32,305 bases of DNA from a virus (Duplodnaviria > Heunggongvirae > Uroviricota > Caudoviricetes). The position numbers and the translations under genes were made by a program. The DNA lies in IMG/VR virus record IMGVR_UViG_2737471861_000014, positions 1 through 32,305 of that record; one strand, 5' to 3'. Positions 1-8,903 of the stretch are shown here, piece by piece. How positions within the stretch are numbered: position 1 is the stretch's first letter; every line of letters begins with the position of its first letter. The notes below the pieces were generated by a model. The model saw only the letters and a list, made by a program, of their open reading frames with translations. It had not been told where the DNA came from and ran no database searches.

Positions 1-141
1 ATATTACGTGGGTAGGATCACGCAGGGGTCGGCCCATTTGAGCTTCAGATAGGAACGTTTGAATTCCTTTCACAAAATACATCACATACTGAACGTGAAC
101 ATTCCCACTTTGATCTTAAGGCCAAAAAGTATGCAGGACTA

Positions 142-1860
142 ATGATTTTTAGGGATAGCTTGAGAGTATTACCTTATGGTCGAGTAGATAATGATTTCTT
201 CCAGATAGAAGAAAGACGTTCATGGAATGCAGGGCGATATTATTGGTCTAATAGAAGGATTTTTGGTTATATTGGAATTACTCAATCCAGTAATAAAGAG
301 CTGAAAGATAAGTCGGGGAGAGAGGGATTCATAAGAAACCAGGCTGCAAGAGAACTGAAAACTATTATATCTAATTTGTTAACTGAACTTGCTGATAGAT
401 TTTTTGGTTCACGTTCTGATGACCGTAAAGAGCTTTTAGAACAAGTTAAGCGTGAAAAAGAGTTAAGAAAATCTGCTCAACAACAAGCTCGAAAATCAAC
501 ACAAAAAAGTTTTTCAGAAGCTTTGAAGAATCAGACACCAGTTCTTGATGCTTCCTTGGAGGCTGTTAAAAGGCTGAAAACTAAGCTTGATAAAACTGAT
601 GGTTCGTTAGATTTAAACTATCTTAAAATTATAGACAGTGATCTTACAAACTTAGATGCGTTGCGCAGTGAAATTAAAACGCCTATCAAACCTCCAAAAC
701 TTGGAATGTATGAAGAGAAATATAGAGACTACAGAGATAAATTTAATGAGTTCTCTGCGTATATTCTACAAATGAAGTTAGCAATTAATAAACTTGATTC
801 TGAATTAAATAAACTTGAGCCTTCATTGGCAGCGAAAAATCACCTTGAAAAAAATCAAGGTATTATTAATTCTAAACTAACTAAGTTTAATAACACGATA
901 GAGGAGAAGATACATTCTCTTTTAAAAAAATGGGCCGATGAAATAAAGGTTGATCGAAGTGATTATTATGCTAAAACTATATCAGTTGTTGATTCAATAG
1001 ATAATGATTCACAAATTGAAAATGTGTTTAATTTGCTCGATAGTTTATATGTTGAGTCAGTTGATACCCTAACTTTCAAATATCAATCAATAATAAAAGG
1101 TCTCGATAGATTATTTGAAGGTATAAACTTAGATTCAGCATTCTCATTATCTGAAGAAGAACGCTCATATTTTGAAGAAAAAGCTAAAAGTTTAAACGCG
1201 CTTGCACAGTTAGGTATTAGTGTTGAGATAATATCTCATGAACTTGAAGAAATGGATTCTATGGTAACCAGAGGACTAAACTCTCTTCCTACTTCTGTAA
1301 AAGAACACCCTGGTTTTTCATTGGCGTTAAATGCTCACAGATCGCTTACTCAACAAATACGTTTCTTATCACCTTTGAAAATATCAGGTTATCAATCCAG
1401 GCAGAGAATAACTGGAAAAAATATCATGGATTATGTCCTGAAGTTCTTTGGGGAGCGTTTCGAACGGCAACGAATAACTATTGAATTTAGTGAAGAGTTT
1501 AAGCAAATCGCAATAACAGATATACCATCAAGGATCTATCCTGTTTTTACTAATATTATCAACAATGCAATGTATTGGGTCAGTCTGTCAAATAATAGGC
1601 TCATAAAGATTGGTTTTGTGAATTCTTTGGTTATCATAGCAAATTCTGGTCCGGCAATTGATACCGATGATATCCCGCGACTATTTGAACTATTTTATAG
1701 CAAAAGAGCAAATGGACATGGGGTAGGTCTGTATCTATGTCGAGAAAACCTTGCTGTTGCACATCATAAAATATGGTATTCAGAACCTGATGAAGGCGAT
1801 AACTATTTAATAAAAGATGGCGCTAATTTTGTGATCCAGTTCAATGGAGTGGAGTTCTAA
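142..1860 (+). CDS. Histidine-kinase-like protein: coiled-coil-rich N-terminal region, HisKA-like H-box and HATPase_c (GHKL) ATPase domain; no obvious transmembrane segment
   Basis: ORF of 572 aa. ATG at 142 is preceded by AGGA; all three plus-strand frames have stops within the first 50 nt, so the gene starts inside the window. Motifs read from the translation: H-box-like ISHELEEMD, N-box-like FTNIINNAMYW, G1-like IANSGPAIDTDD, G2-like GHGVGLYLCRE. The N-terminal ~350 aa are K/E/L-rich. Confidence 0.6.
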   Translation: MIFRDSLRVLPYGRVDNDFFQIEERRSWNAGRYYWSNRRIFGYIGITQSSNKELKDKSGREGFIRNQAARELKTIISNLLTELADRFFGSRSDDRKELLEQVKREKELRKSAQQQARKSTQKSFSEALKNQTPVLDASLEAVKRLKTKLDKTDGSLDLNYLKIIDSDLTNLDALRSEIKTPIKPPKLGMYEEKYRDYRDKFNEFSAYILQMKLAINKLDSELNKLEPSLAAKNHLEKNQGIINSKLTKFNNTIEEKIHSLLKKWADEIKVDRSDYYAKTISVVDSIDNDSQIENVFNLLDSLYVESVDTLTFKYQSIIKGLDRLFEGINLDSAFSLSEEERSYFEEKAKSLNALAQLGISVEIISHELEEMDSMVTRGLNSLPTSVKEHPGFSLALNAHRSLTQQIRFLSPLKISGYQSRQRITGKNIMDYVLKFFGERFERQRITIEFSEEFKQIAITDIPSRIYPVFTNIINNAMYWVSLSNNRLIKIGFVNSLVIIANSGPAIDTDDIPRLFELFYSKRANGHGVGLYLCRENLAVAHHKIWYSEPDEGDNYLIKDGANFVIQFNGVEF

Positions 1861-3610
1861 TATGACAGTGGCAAATTATAATTCTCTTGTCCAGAAAACT
1901 TTCTGCGAAAATGCAATTCGTTCCGTTGTCATGATTGATGACGATTTTCTGACGTATTCTGAATCAATCAGGGCGTTGAATAACGAAGTTGATTTAGACT
2001 ACAACAAAATTGACTCATCTAAACGAGCCGCTACTCTTGAGAGCTTTTTTCAATCTAAAAATATGATTTGTGATGTTGACAATGGTTCTGTTAATTTCGA
2101 TGTGGATCGGATTAGGAAATCAGATCTTATTATTGTAGATTATCATCTTGATAATAATGCACCTGATAAAACACTTAAACTATTACAAGATTTGAAAGAC
2201 TCCGATCATTTAAATATGATTGTAATATATACTAGAGAGAATTTAGAAACGGTTTGGATGCAGATATCATCGACTCTCAAAGGTGCTCTGGATATCAACA
2301 GCTTGATCATTGACTACGATAATGAAGATGTCCAAAGTTATTGGGAAGACGTTGTATTACCGAACTTAAATGATAATGGTAATAAAGCTCTCACAAGAGA
2401 TGAAACAATAGCCTATATTAAAGACAGTAAGCCTTGTAGAAGAATTAAAAGATTAATACATGATGATGCTGTGTTGGAGGATCAAAAGGATAAAAACTTC
2501 ATTGCAAAAATGATTGCAGAATATGCTGTGTCTAGAAATGCAATTATTTCTAGCAACACATCTGGCAATGTCATTCGGGGTGATGAAAGCGGAGTAAAAT
2601 GGATTCAATGTGGTAATATCTTTGTCTCCCTATTTCATAAGGTTCAAGATGATCATGAAAACGATGGAGATAGGATTTGGCAAACTCTCAATGATTCTCT
2701 CATTGAATGGAAACCATCTTATTATCAGTTAATAAAATCTGAAATTCAGAATGCAATCGAAGCTGAGGCTTTATCTTTTGTAAATCATTTGGCTAACGAT
2801 CATTACGGTCAAGCTGCGTGGTTAAATGAGATATTAAAATCAGACTCGCCTGATATTAGATGTAGAAATATTGACTTTGTATTTGGTAATTTATCAGAAG
2901 AGCTTTATCAAAGACTTAAAAATAATAATACGCTGGATGAATTTATCAAAAGTGTTTTTGATAGCTATTCAAATGAATACGCTAACAGCGGAGTTGCTGC
3001 ATTGCTCCAATATTGCTCTTCAAAAATGGATCTGCCATCAAATAATGATACTTATCACGAAATGTATCATGCTTTAAATATGAATTTGTCTTCAAAGAAT
3101 TTTGAAGATGGTCATATTTCTACTGGCACTATTTTCTTTGATACAGAGTCGAACAAATGGTATTTATGTGTATCTGCGGCATGTGATTTGGTTCCTACTC
3201 AGGGTAACGACCCTCACCATGTAAGATTAAGTCCGCACAGGCTCATTAAAGTTCTGGAGCTTTTTAACGCCAGTCAGAGTAAAGCATTGCCATTTGCTGA
3301 ACATTCGAAATATATATATGTAATGCATAAAAATCAAAGAAAATATCTCTCTATTTTCGAAGGGGATAAAACGCTTCCTGTTGTTGATTATATGGTGGTG
3401 TTGAATCATGGAACAACAGTTGATGGCGAAGAAAAAAATATTATTTCTGCCGTGTTTTTAAGTAATATGGATGGCAACGTGCAAAATGTTCCTGTCCGAC
3501 TCAAACTTAAATCTCAACTGAGAACTGGTTATGCAGAAAGATATCAGGCTATAGCGTCTCAGTATAGCTCAAGGATTGGTGTGGATTATGTATCAATGAT
3601 GCTACCATAA
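1844..3610 (+). CDS. Receiver (REC)-like domain protein with a ~440-aa C-terminal domain of unknown function
   Basis: ORF of 588 aa whose start overlaps the stop of the upstream gene by 17 nt, suggesting translational coupling. REC-like motifs: acidic pair in RSVVMIDDD, putative phospho-acceptor Asp in DLIIVDYHLD, Thr in MIVIYTRE, then a Lys. No HTH or other known output domain recognised in the C-terminal part. Confidence 0.5.
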   Translation: MEWSSNMTVANYNSLVQKTFCENAIRSVVMIDDDFLTYSESIRALNNEVDLDYNKIDSSKRAATLESFFQSKNMICDVDNGSVNFDVDRIRKSDLIIVDYHLDNNAPDKTLKLLQDLKDSDHLNMIVIYTRENLETVWMQISSTLKGALDINSLIIDYDNEDVQSYWEDVVLPNLNDNGNKALTRDETIAYIKDSKPCRRIKRLIHDDAVLEDQKDKNFIAKMIAEYAVSRNAIISSNTSGNVIRGDESGVKWIQCGNIFVSLFHKVQDDHENDGDRIWQTLNDSLIEWKPSYYQLIKSEIQNAIEAEALSFVNHLANDHYGQAAWLNEILKSDSPDIRCRNIDFVFGNLSEELYQRLKNNNTLDEFIKSVFDSYSNEYANSGVAALLQYCSSKMDLPSNNDTYHEMYHALNMNLSSKNFEDGHISTGTIFFDTESNKWYLCVSAACDLVPTQGNDPHHVRLSPHRLIKVLELFNASQSKALPFAEHSKYIYVMHKNQRKYLSIFEGDKTLPVVDYMVVLNHGTTVDGEEKNIISAVFLSNMDGNVQNVPVRLKLKSQLRTGYAERYQAIASQYSSRIGVDYVSMMLP

Positions 3611-3623
3611 TTATTATATTTTA

Positions 3624-3660
3624 GGCGTGGTGATTTTTTTTCGCCATGCCTATTTTATAT
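3624..3660 (+). terminator. Putative intrinsic terminator between convergent genes
   Basis: Hairpin GGCGTGGTGA / T-rich loop / TCGCCATGCC (with G-U wobbles) followed by TATTTTATAT, immediately after the stop at 3610. Confidence 0.45.
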
Positions 3661-3681
3661 TTATCATCACAATGATGTTGT

Positions 3682-4098
3682 TTATTTTTGTTTAAGTCTT
3701 CTAAGCTTCATGCATTCTAATGAGAATAATAATAGAGTTGTGCTGTATATAAAGCCAGAGTTAGTTAATAACTTTAAATTTAATGCTTCAGGATTTTCAC
3801 TGAGAAAGTGAAAGGCATAAACTAAGTATACAGCTAAAGTAGCCGTTCCAATTGTTGGTCCAATATCGCCTTGATCATGAGGTTCAAGGTTTACATTGAA
3901 CTTGAAGATTAGCCATTCAAATCCCCAAGTAAAAAAAACAACTAATATCATGGCTGCGAATAATTTCGCGATCTTATCTGCTGATGGATTCATCAGAACA
4001 GATTGTTTCTGAAAAAATTCACAAAGTGAGAGTCCGAAAAAAATAAAAAAAAGTGGTCTGGAACTAAATTTTTCAAAAACTTTGAATAGGGTTTCCAT
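3682..4098 (-). CDS. Small hydrophobic (multi-pass membrane) protein, hypothetical
   Basis: ORF of 138 aa with several hydrophobic stretches (LFFIFFGLSL, AAMILVVFFTWGFEWLIF, GTATLAVYLVYAFHFL). AT-rich; lies between the cassette and the integrase. Confidence 0.45.
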   Translation of the reverse strand: METLFKVFEKFSSRPLFFIFFGLSLCEFFQKQSVLMNPSADKIAKLFAAMILVVFFTWGFEWLIFKFNVNLEPHDQGDIGPTIGTATLAVYLVYAFHFLSENPEALNLKLLTNSGFIYSTTLLLFSLECMKLRRLKQK

Positions 4099-4136
4099 TT
4101 TCTTTACCTTCAGGATTATATTAGCTATTCTGATAC

Positions 4137-5408
4137 TTAGGCTACCAGAGCATTTGATCTTTGAGCTTGAACGTAATCACTCCACCATTGCATCAAACTC
4201 TGTCGCTCTATCAGATATTCTGCACGATTGTATGCTGCGATAATTTCATCTTTTTTCGAGTGGGCAAGCGCTGCCTCAAGAACTTCAGCTCTGAATTTAC
4301 CAGACTCCTCTGCCGCTGTTCGTGCAATAGAACGCATACCGTGAGCTACAAGCTCGCCTCCGAACCCCATTCGGATGATAGCTGCGTTGGCTGTTTGTTC
4401 ATGCATATGATTAAGAGGCGCTTTTATGCTGGGGAAAACCCATTCTCTATGCCCACTTATTGATTTCATTAATTCAAGGATGCGCAAAGCTTCTTTACTC
4501 AAAGGAACTTTGTGAAGCTTTTTCATTTTCATGAAATCAGCAGGAATGTTCCAAATGCTGTTGGTTGTATCAATATCAGACCACCTTGCGCGAACGGCTT
4601 CACCCGGACGAACCCATGTCAACAATTGCCATTCAATTAGCATACGTGTTTCCAACCGGATTGACGCATTCGTCAAAGATTCCATAAACCTTGGCAATTC
4701 GCTTGGGGGAAGGGCAGGCATATTTTGCTTTTTTGGTTTACTGAATCTTTGACCAAGGTTGTCAGCCGGGTTGAACTCAATAAGTTCTTCAGTAGCTGCC
4801 CACCGGAAGATTTCATTCAGACGTGAAATGATACGGCGTAGAGTTTCCAATACGCCTCGTTGCTCAATAGGATCAAGGTGTTGTTTTAAGAGCTTAGGTC
4901 GGATCTCATTGATAGGGACATTACCCAGACCGGGAAAGACATTTCTCTCTAAGCTGCGCCAGATGTCTGCTGCATGGTCTTGTGAGATACCTGATGTCTT
5001 TACCTTCTCATCTAACCATTTCCGCGCTACGGCTTGGAGAGTGTGCTCAGTAGCACTCTTTAATGCCTTCGCCTTATCGTTGTTATGGATTTGGGGATCA
5101 ACACCATTTGCCAGAAAGGAGAGATATTCATCACGTAAGGCTCTGGCTCTTGCAAGGGTAAGGTGAGGATATGTCCCAAGGCTCATTTTGGTTCTTTTCT
5201 TGCTCACTGGTACTGCATACCTGAAATACCAATTTTTCTTGCCTCCTTTCGCCAAAGGAGCGATTCGTAGAATCAGACCATCACCGTCAAACAAGTTGAT
5301 TTCTTTATCGGCTGGCTTGGTGCTTTTGATTTCAGTGTCAGTGAGCTTCTTAGCGATTTTTGCCATTTTGGGACCCTCGGTTTTTGGACCCTTCTTAGTG
5401 GGTCCCAT
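4137..5408 (-). CDS. int: Tyrosine recombinase, P4/CP4-57 (IntA-like) integrase family
   Basis: ORF of 423 aa. The N-terminal LTDTEIK..KP motif and overall sequence resemble P4-type integrases. The true start may be the internal Met (MAKIAKKLTDTEIK, about nt 5366). Adjacent to the ssrA 3'-end repeat. Confidence 0.9.
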   Translation of the reverse strand: MGPTKKGPKTEGPKMAKIAKKLTDTEIKSTKPADKEINLFDGDGLILRIAPLAKGGKKNWYFRYAVPVSKKRTKMSLGTYPHLTLARARALRDEYLSFLANGVDPQIHNNDKAKALKSATEHTLQAVARKWLDEKVKTSGISQDHAADIWRSLERNVFPGLGNVPINEIRPKLLKQHLDPIEQRGVLETLRRIISRLNEIFRWAATEELIEFNPADNLGQRFSKPKKQNMPALPPSELPRFMESLTNASIRLETRMLIEWQLLTWVRPGEAVRARWSDIDTTNSIWNIPADFMKMKKLHKVPLSKEALRILELMKSISGHREWVFPSIKAPLNHMHEQTANAAIIRMGFGGELVAHGMRSIARTAAEESGKFRAEVLEAALAHSKKDEIIAAYNRAEYLIERQSLMQWWSDYVQAQRSNALVA

Positions 5409-5531
5409 TCAGGGTGCCATAACTCGTAGTTCTCAGCAATTCTCACTGGACGACAATAGACGTAAAAAAGCCCGCAGAGCTTGTGCTGTGTGGGCTTAGT
5501 AGACTTCATTGAACTTCAAACAACTAAAAAG

Positions 5532-5576
5532 TGGTGGAGCTGGCGGGAGTTGAACCCGCGTCCGAAATTCCTACAT
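5532..5576 (-). repeat. ssrA: 45-bp fragment identical to the 3' end of tmRNA gene ssrA (T-arm, acceptor stem and CCA): attachment-site repeat
   Basis: Reverse complement reads ATGTAGGAATTTCGGACGCGGGTTCAACTCCCGCCAGCTCCACCA, matching the E. coli ssrA 3' terminus as I recall it. Flanking sequence on the 5' side (5577 onward) is AT-rich and unrelated to tmRNA, so this is not a complete gene. Confidence 0.8.
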
Positions 5577-5768
5577 ACCATTTTTATTATAGTAAAAACA
5601 GTAGATTATGTTTGAAAACAATGTGTTAGTGTTATTTTGTATTTGCTCGTCTTACGCGTTTTTAATGCTCTGCCGCCAAAGTGCCGCCATTACATCAAGC
5701 ATCTAGAATAAAATTAGTTAATAAATTATAATTAATATGCTAATTGTTCTTGCATTCATAAGTGGGAC

Positions 5769-7505
5769 GTGATGAAAGAAAAAAAATTCGTTAGTGAGCT
5801 TTTCCTTGAAAATGGGCAGTTTATTTTAGTCGGTTTGACAGGTCGAACTGGTTCTGGTTGCACAACAACAGCTAATATTCTTGAAAACGAAAAAACAGTC
5901 TTCCCTGATGTAAGTAAATTACAGGGGTTTTACAAGGGATTGGATGTCCATCGTTATAATATAGTTAAAAAATTCGCAGAAAATCACTGGGAAAATTTTT
6001 ACTCAATTAAGGTGAGTGACCTAATCTCAGCGTATCTTCTGATGTTAACAGTTGAGGAAGCTTCTGAATTCATTCTATCATCTAATAAATTTATCAGTAA
6101 AGAGCATTTAGATATTGTATTAACTTTTGGTGTATTCTCAGATAATCTCATTTTGACAAGATTTAAAAATGTAATTGAGAATTTGCTTGATCATAATAGT
6201 GAATTGAAGTTTGATGAAAAAACGATTAATAAATTTATATCAATTTTGAAGTTAGTTAGAAAATTTACTAAAGAATTCAAAGCTGAACTAAATGAGATAA
6301 ACTCAAATTTATATGTTTCAGCCTATCAGTTAGCAGGTAAGTCAATTAGACGTCGTGGGCGTATTGAAGTCGATTTTGAAGATAAAGAGTTTATGCCTAA
6401 ATCTGTTTTTCATTTGCCGGAAACTATTAATAGGGTTATTAAATTAATAAGAAAAAGCAAAAGAGATAACGCATTAATTGTCATAGATGCTATTAGAAAT
6501 CCATATGAGGCAAAATTTTTTAAGGATAGATATTCTGCATTTCATTTAATGTCAATAAATGCCCCAGATGAACATCGAACAAACTATTTGCGGAAACTAC
6601 ATAAGTTTTCAGAAAAGCAGATAGAGGAAATAGATTCTGTAGAGTCAGGTAAAGGTGATAACTCTTACAAACATCTCACCAATCCAAATGTAACTAAATG
6701 TATTGAACTATCAGATATACACATTTTTAACCCAAAAAATGAATTTGATAATGACAATATTTTAAAAGCACAATTAGCGTGGTACATCGCACTGATGAAG
6801 CATCCTGGTCTGATAACACCTACTGCAATGGAAAGGGTTATGCAAGTTGCGTATACGGTAAAATTAAACTCTGGCTGTATATCTAGACAGGTGGGAGCTG
6901 TAGTAACTGATGGTGATAATTCAATAAAATCAGTTGGTTGGAATGATGTTGCCAACGGTCAGATTCCTTGCTCTATGAGATCTCTAGATGGCCTAATGAA
7001 CGATTTTGATGAAAAAACGTACAGTCATTATGAGAGAAATAATAGTTCTTTCAGAATTAAAGCTAATGAGAAACTCTTAAATTTTAGGGCGATAGATAAA
7101 ACTGGTGATATTTATAGAGGCAGGAACTTATCTTATTGTTTTAAAGATATACATAATGATCTTGATAAAGAGAAAAAAGGTAATCAAGTTCATACACGTG
7201 CATTACATGCTGAGGAAAACGCATTTTTACAACTTGCAAAATATGGTGGTATTGGCGTTCTGGGGGGGAAGTTGTATACAACTGCCAGTCCCTGTGAGTT
7301 GTGTGCGAAAAAAGCTTATCAGTTAGGTATATCTGAAATTGTATTTATTGATCCCTACCCAGGTATAGCTCAAGACCATATTATTAATATAGGTAGTAAG
7401 CCACCAAAGTTAATACAATTTAGAGGCGCAATTGGGAAGTCATATCACCGACTTTATGAGCAAATTATCCCGATAAAAGATGAGTTAGAATATCTCCTTG
7501 AGTAG
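5769..7505 (+). CDS. P-loop kinase-like N-terminal domain fused to a zinc-dependent cytidine/dCMP-deaminase-fold C-terminal domain; dCTP-deaminase-type antiphage defence protein (candidate)
   Basis: ORF of 578 aa. Walker-A-like GLTGRTGSGCTT near the N-terminus. C-terminal deaminase zinc motifs HAEENA and SPCELCAKK. AT-rich; located between the att repeat and the prophage integrase. Start is GTG 5769 or ATG 5772. Confidence 0.65.
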   Translation: MMKEKKFVSELFLENGQFILVGLTGRTGSGCTTTANILENEKTVFPDVSKLQGFYKGLDVHRYNIVKKFAENHWENFYSIKVSDLISAYLLMLTVEEASEFILSSNKFISKEHLDIVLTFGVFSDNLILTRFKNVIENLLDHNSELKFDEKTINKFISILKLVRKFTKEFKAELNEINSNLYVSAYQLAGKSIRRRGRIEVDFEDKEFMPKSVFHLPETINRVIKLIRKSKRDNALIVIDAIRNPYEAKFFKDRYSAFHLMSINAPDEHRTNYLRKLHKFSEKQIEEIDSVESGKGDNSYKHLTNPNVTKCIELSDIHIFNPKNEFDNDNILKAQLAWYIALMKHPGLITPTAMERVMQVAYTVKLNSGCISRQVGAVVTDGDNSIKSVGWNDVANGQIPCSMRSLDGLMNDFDEKTYSHYERNNSSFRIKANEKLLNFRAIDKTGDIYRGRNLSYCFKDIHNDLDKEKKGNQVHTRALHAEENAFLQLAKYGGIGVLGGKLYTTASPCELCAKKAYQLGISEIVFIDPYPGIAQDHIINIGSKPPKLIQFRGAIGKSYHRLYEQIIPIKDELEYLLE

Positions 7506-7536
7506 AAATATTATACTCATCCTTCCTGAGGTAAGC

Positions 7537-7570
7537 TTCAAGATGATCAATAAATATTGATCATCTTGAA
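7537..7570. repeat. Perfect 16-bp inverted repeat with 2-nt spacer
   Basis: TTCAAGATGATCAATA-AA-TATTGATCATCTTGAA, 32 bp after the deaminase stop. No clear U-run follows on either strand, so it may be a protein-binding site rather than a terminator. Confidence 0.6.
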
Positions 7571-7885
7571 AGTTAATTGCAGAGTCAAACTAGTAGTCAG
7601 ACTGAAGCTTCGATAAAAAATGTTTTTGTTTTTTTCATTTTCTAATGACTGTTTTTTATTGGTTTCTTTTTAATGTTGCAATGCTATGCTTTTCTACTAT
7701 TTTTGAATGTGGCATCTTTGATGTTTTTATACAACAAAGATGAGGGCTTATAGGTTTTTTTGTGATGTAAAAATTATCTTATTCTATAAATAAAACCTAA
7801 ACTCAGTCTGAAGAGTTAAATGAGAATGGATAACCTGCTGAATATTATATTTGTAAATAGTTTGAGTTTGTTTTCATAAGTTACT

Positions 7886-8902
7886 CTATCTTAAGTTGCA
7901 TAAAGGGTTTTTAGTTACCGCATCTTCAAGGTGATCGGGCGAAAAGTGGGCGTAAATCATCGTCATTTTTATATCGGCATGGCCCAGAATATCGCGCAGC
8001 ACCAGTATGTTTCCGCCATTCATCATAAAATGGCTGGCGAATGTATGACGTAGCACGTGAGTGCATTGGCCCTCTGGCAGCTCGATGCCAGCTCGCTTTA
8101 CTGCTCGTTCAAAGGCTTTTCTGCACGGGGTGAATAGCTTCCCTCTGTTCTTGGGGAGTTCGTCATACAGATCTTGAGATATCGGCACGGTGCGGTTTTT
8201 CTTACCCTTCGTCTTGGTATAAGTGATGCGGTATTTAGATAACTGATGGCCCTGCAGGTTTTCAGCTTCACTCCAGCGTGCGCCGGTGGCCAGGCATATT
8301 TTTGCAATCAAAAGCAGACTGGGGTTTTGAGAATCAGCGCAGGCATCTAGCAGACGTTTAATTTCTTCCGAGGTCAGGAACGCCAGTTCCCCCTCAGCGA
8401 TTTTAAATGTTGGCAGCCCGGCGAGAGGATTTGGTGCTGACCAGTGGCCTAGTTTTTTCAATGTGCCGAAAACCGATGATAGGTTACGTTGCTCAAGATT
8501 CACCGTGCGTGGTTTTACTGGCGACATTAGTGTGCCGTCTTCGTTACGAACGTCACCTTTTAACCGTGCTTCGCGGTATTTCGTAAAGTCACCGGCTGTC
8601 AGTTCTGAGGCGATGGGGTCGCCTAGACCATTACAGATAATTCTAAGTTTCGCCATGAGGCGCTTGGGGTCTGCGAGTGTCTGACCATACAGGGAATACC
8701 AAAGCTCAATTAATTCTGATAGGCGTCGCCGATCATCCTTTTCACCCAACCACGGTTTTTTATTCACTTCTTCCATTGTGAAGCTTTCAAAAGCAATGGC
8801 TTCGCCTTTCGTAGCAAATTGCTTACGCACGCGCTTACCATTGCGTCCATTGGGATAGCACTCACACAACCATTTTCCGTTCGGCTGTTTTCTGATGGTC
8901 AT
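7886..8902 (-). CDS. int: Prophage integrase, P2/186 tyrosine recombinase family
   Basis: ORF of 338 aa, the same length class as P2/186 Int. The C-terminal region contains HVLRHTFASHF and LGHADIKMTMIYAH, typical of the catalytic R/H/Y region. Sits immediately downstream of the CI-like gene. Confidence 0.9.
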   Translation of the reverse strand: MTIRKQPNGKWLCECYPNGRNGKRVRKQFATKGEAIAFESFTMEEVNKKPWLGEKDDRRRLSELIELWYSLYGQTLADPKRLMAKLRIICNGLGDPIASELTAGDFTKYREARLKGDVRNEDGTLMSPVKPRTVNLEQRNLSSVFGTLKKLGHWSAPNPLAGLPTFKIAEGELAFLTSEEIKRLLDACADSQNPSLLLIAKICLATGARWSEAENLQGHQLSKYRITYTKTKGKKNRTVPISQDLYDELPKNRGKLFTPCRKAFERAVKRAGIELPEGQCTHVLRHTFASHFMMNGGNILVLRDILGHADIKMTMIYAHFSPDHLEDAVTKNPLCNLR

Positions 8903-8903
8903 A

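Larger units (their letters stand above)
1..5576. mobile_element. Integrase-proximal end of a P4/CP4-57-like integrative element or satellite (partial; continues left of the window)
   Basis: P4-type tyrosine integrase at 4137-5408 sits next to a 45-bp ssrA 3'-end repeat at 5532-5576. The cargo at 142-4098 is visibly AT-rich compared with the prophage core. The layout (cargo, then int, then att) matches the psu-to-int variable region of P4-like satellites. Confidence 0.6.

Noticed and set aside
1-141. Possible upstream gene reading into the window, or an N-terminal extension of the 142-1860 ORF
   Set aside because: All three plus-strand frames hit stop codons within the first ~50 nt and there is no in-frame ATG/GTG/TTG between 16 and 142; ATG 142 with its AGGA is the most plausible start.
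2871-3409. Small ORFs at 2871-3077 (+) and 3227-3409 (-) inside the REC-effector gene
   Set aside because: Fully nested in or antisense to a longer coding frame in AT-rich DNA; typical shadow ORFs with no RBS.
4161-5509. ORFs at 4161-4463, 4531-4752, 4759-5166, 5188-5499 (+) and 5273-5509 (-) overlapping the integrase gene and its leader
   Set aside because: Antisense to, or in the leader of, a well-supported P4-type integrase; no independent support.
5532-5576. A complete tmRNA or tRNA gene
   Set aside because: Only the 3' terminal ~45 nt of ssrA are present; the adjacent sequence is unrelated AT-rich DNA, so this is an att repeat, not a functional RNA gene.
6665-7326. ORFs at 6665-6955 (-) and 7105-7326 (+) within the kinase/deaminase gene
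   Set aside because: Nested in or antisense to the long coding frame; no RBS and no coherent domain.
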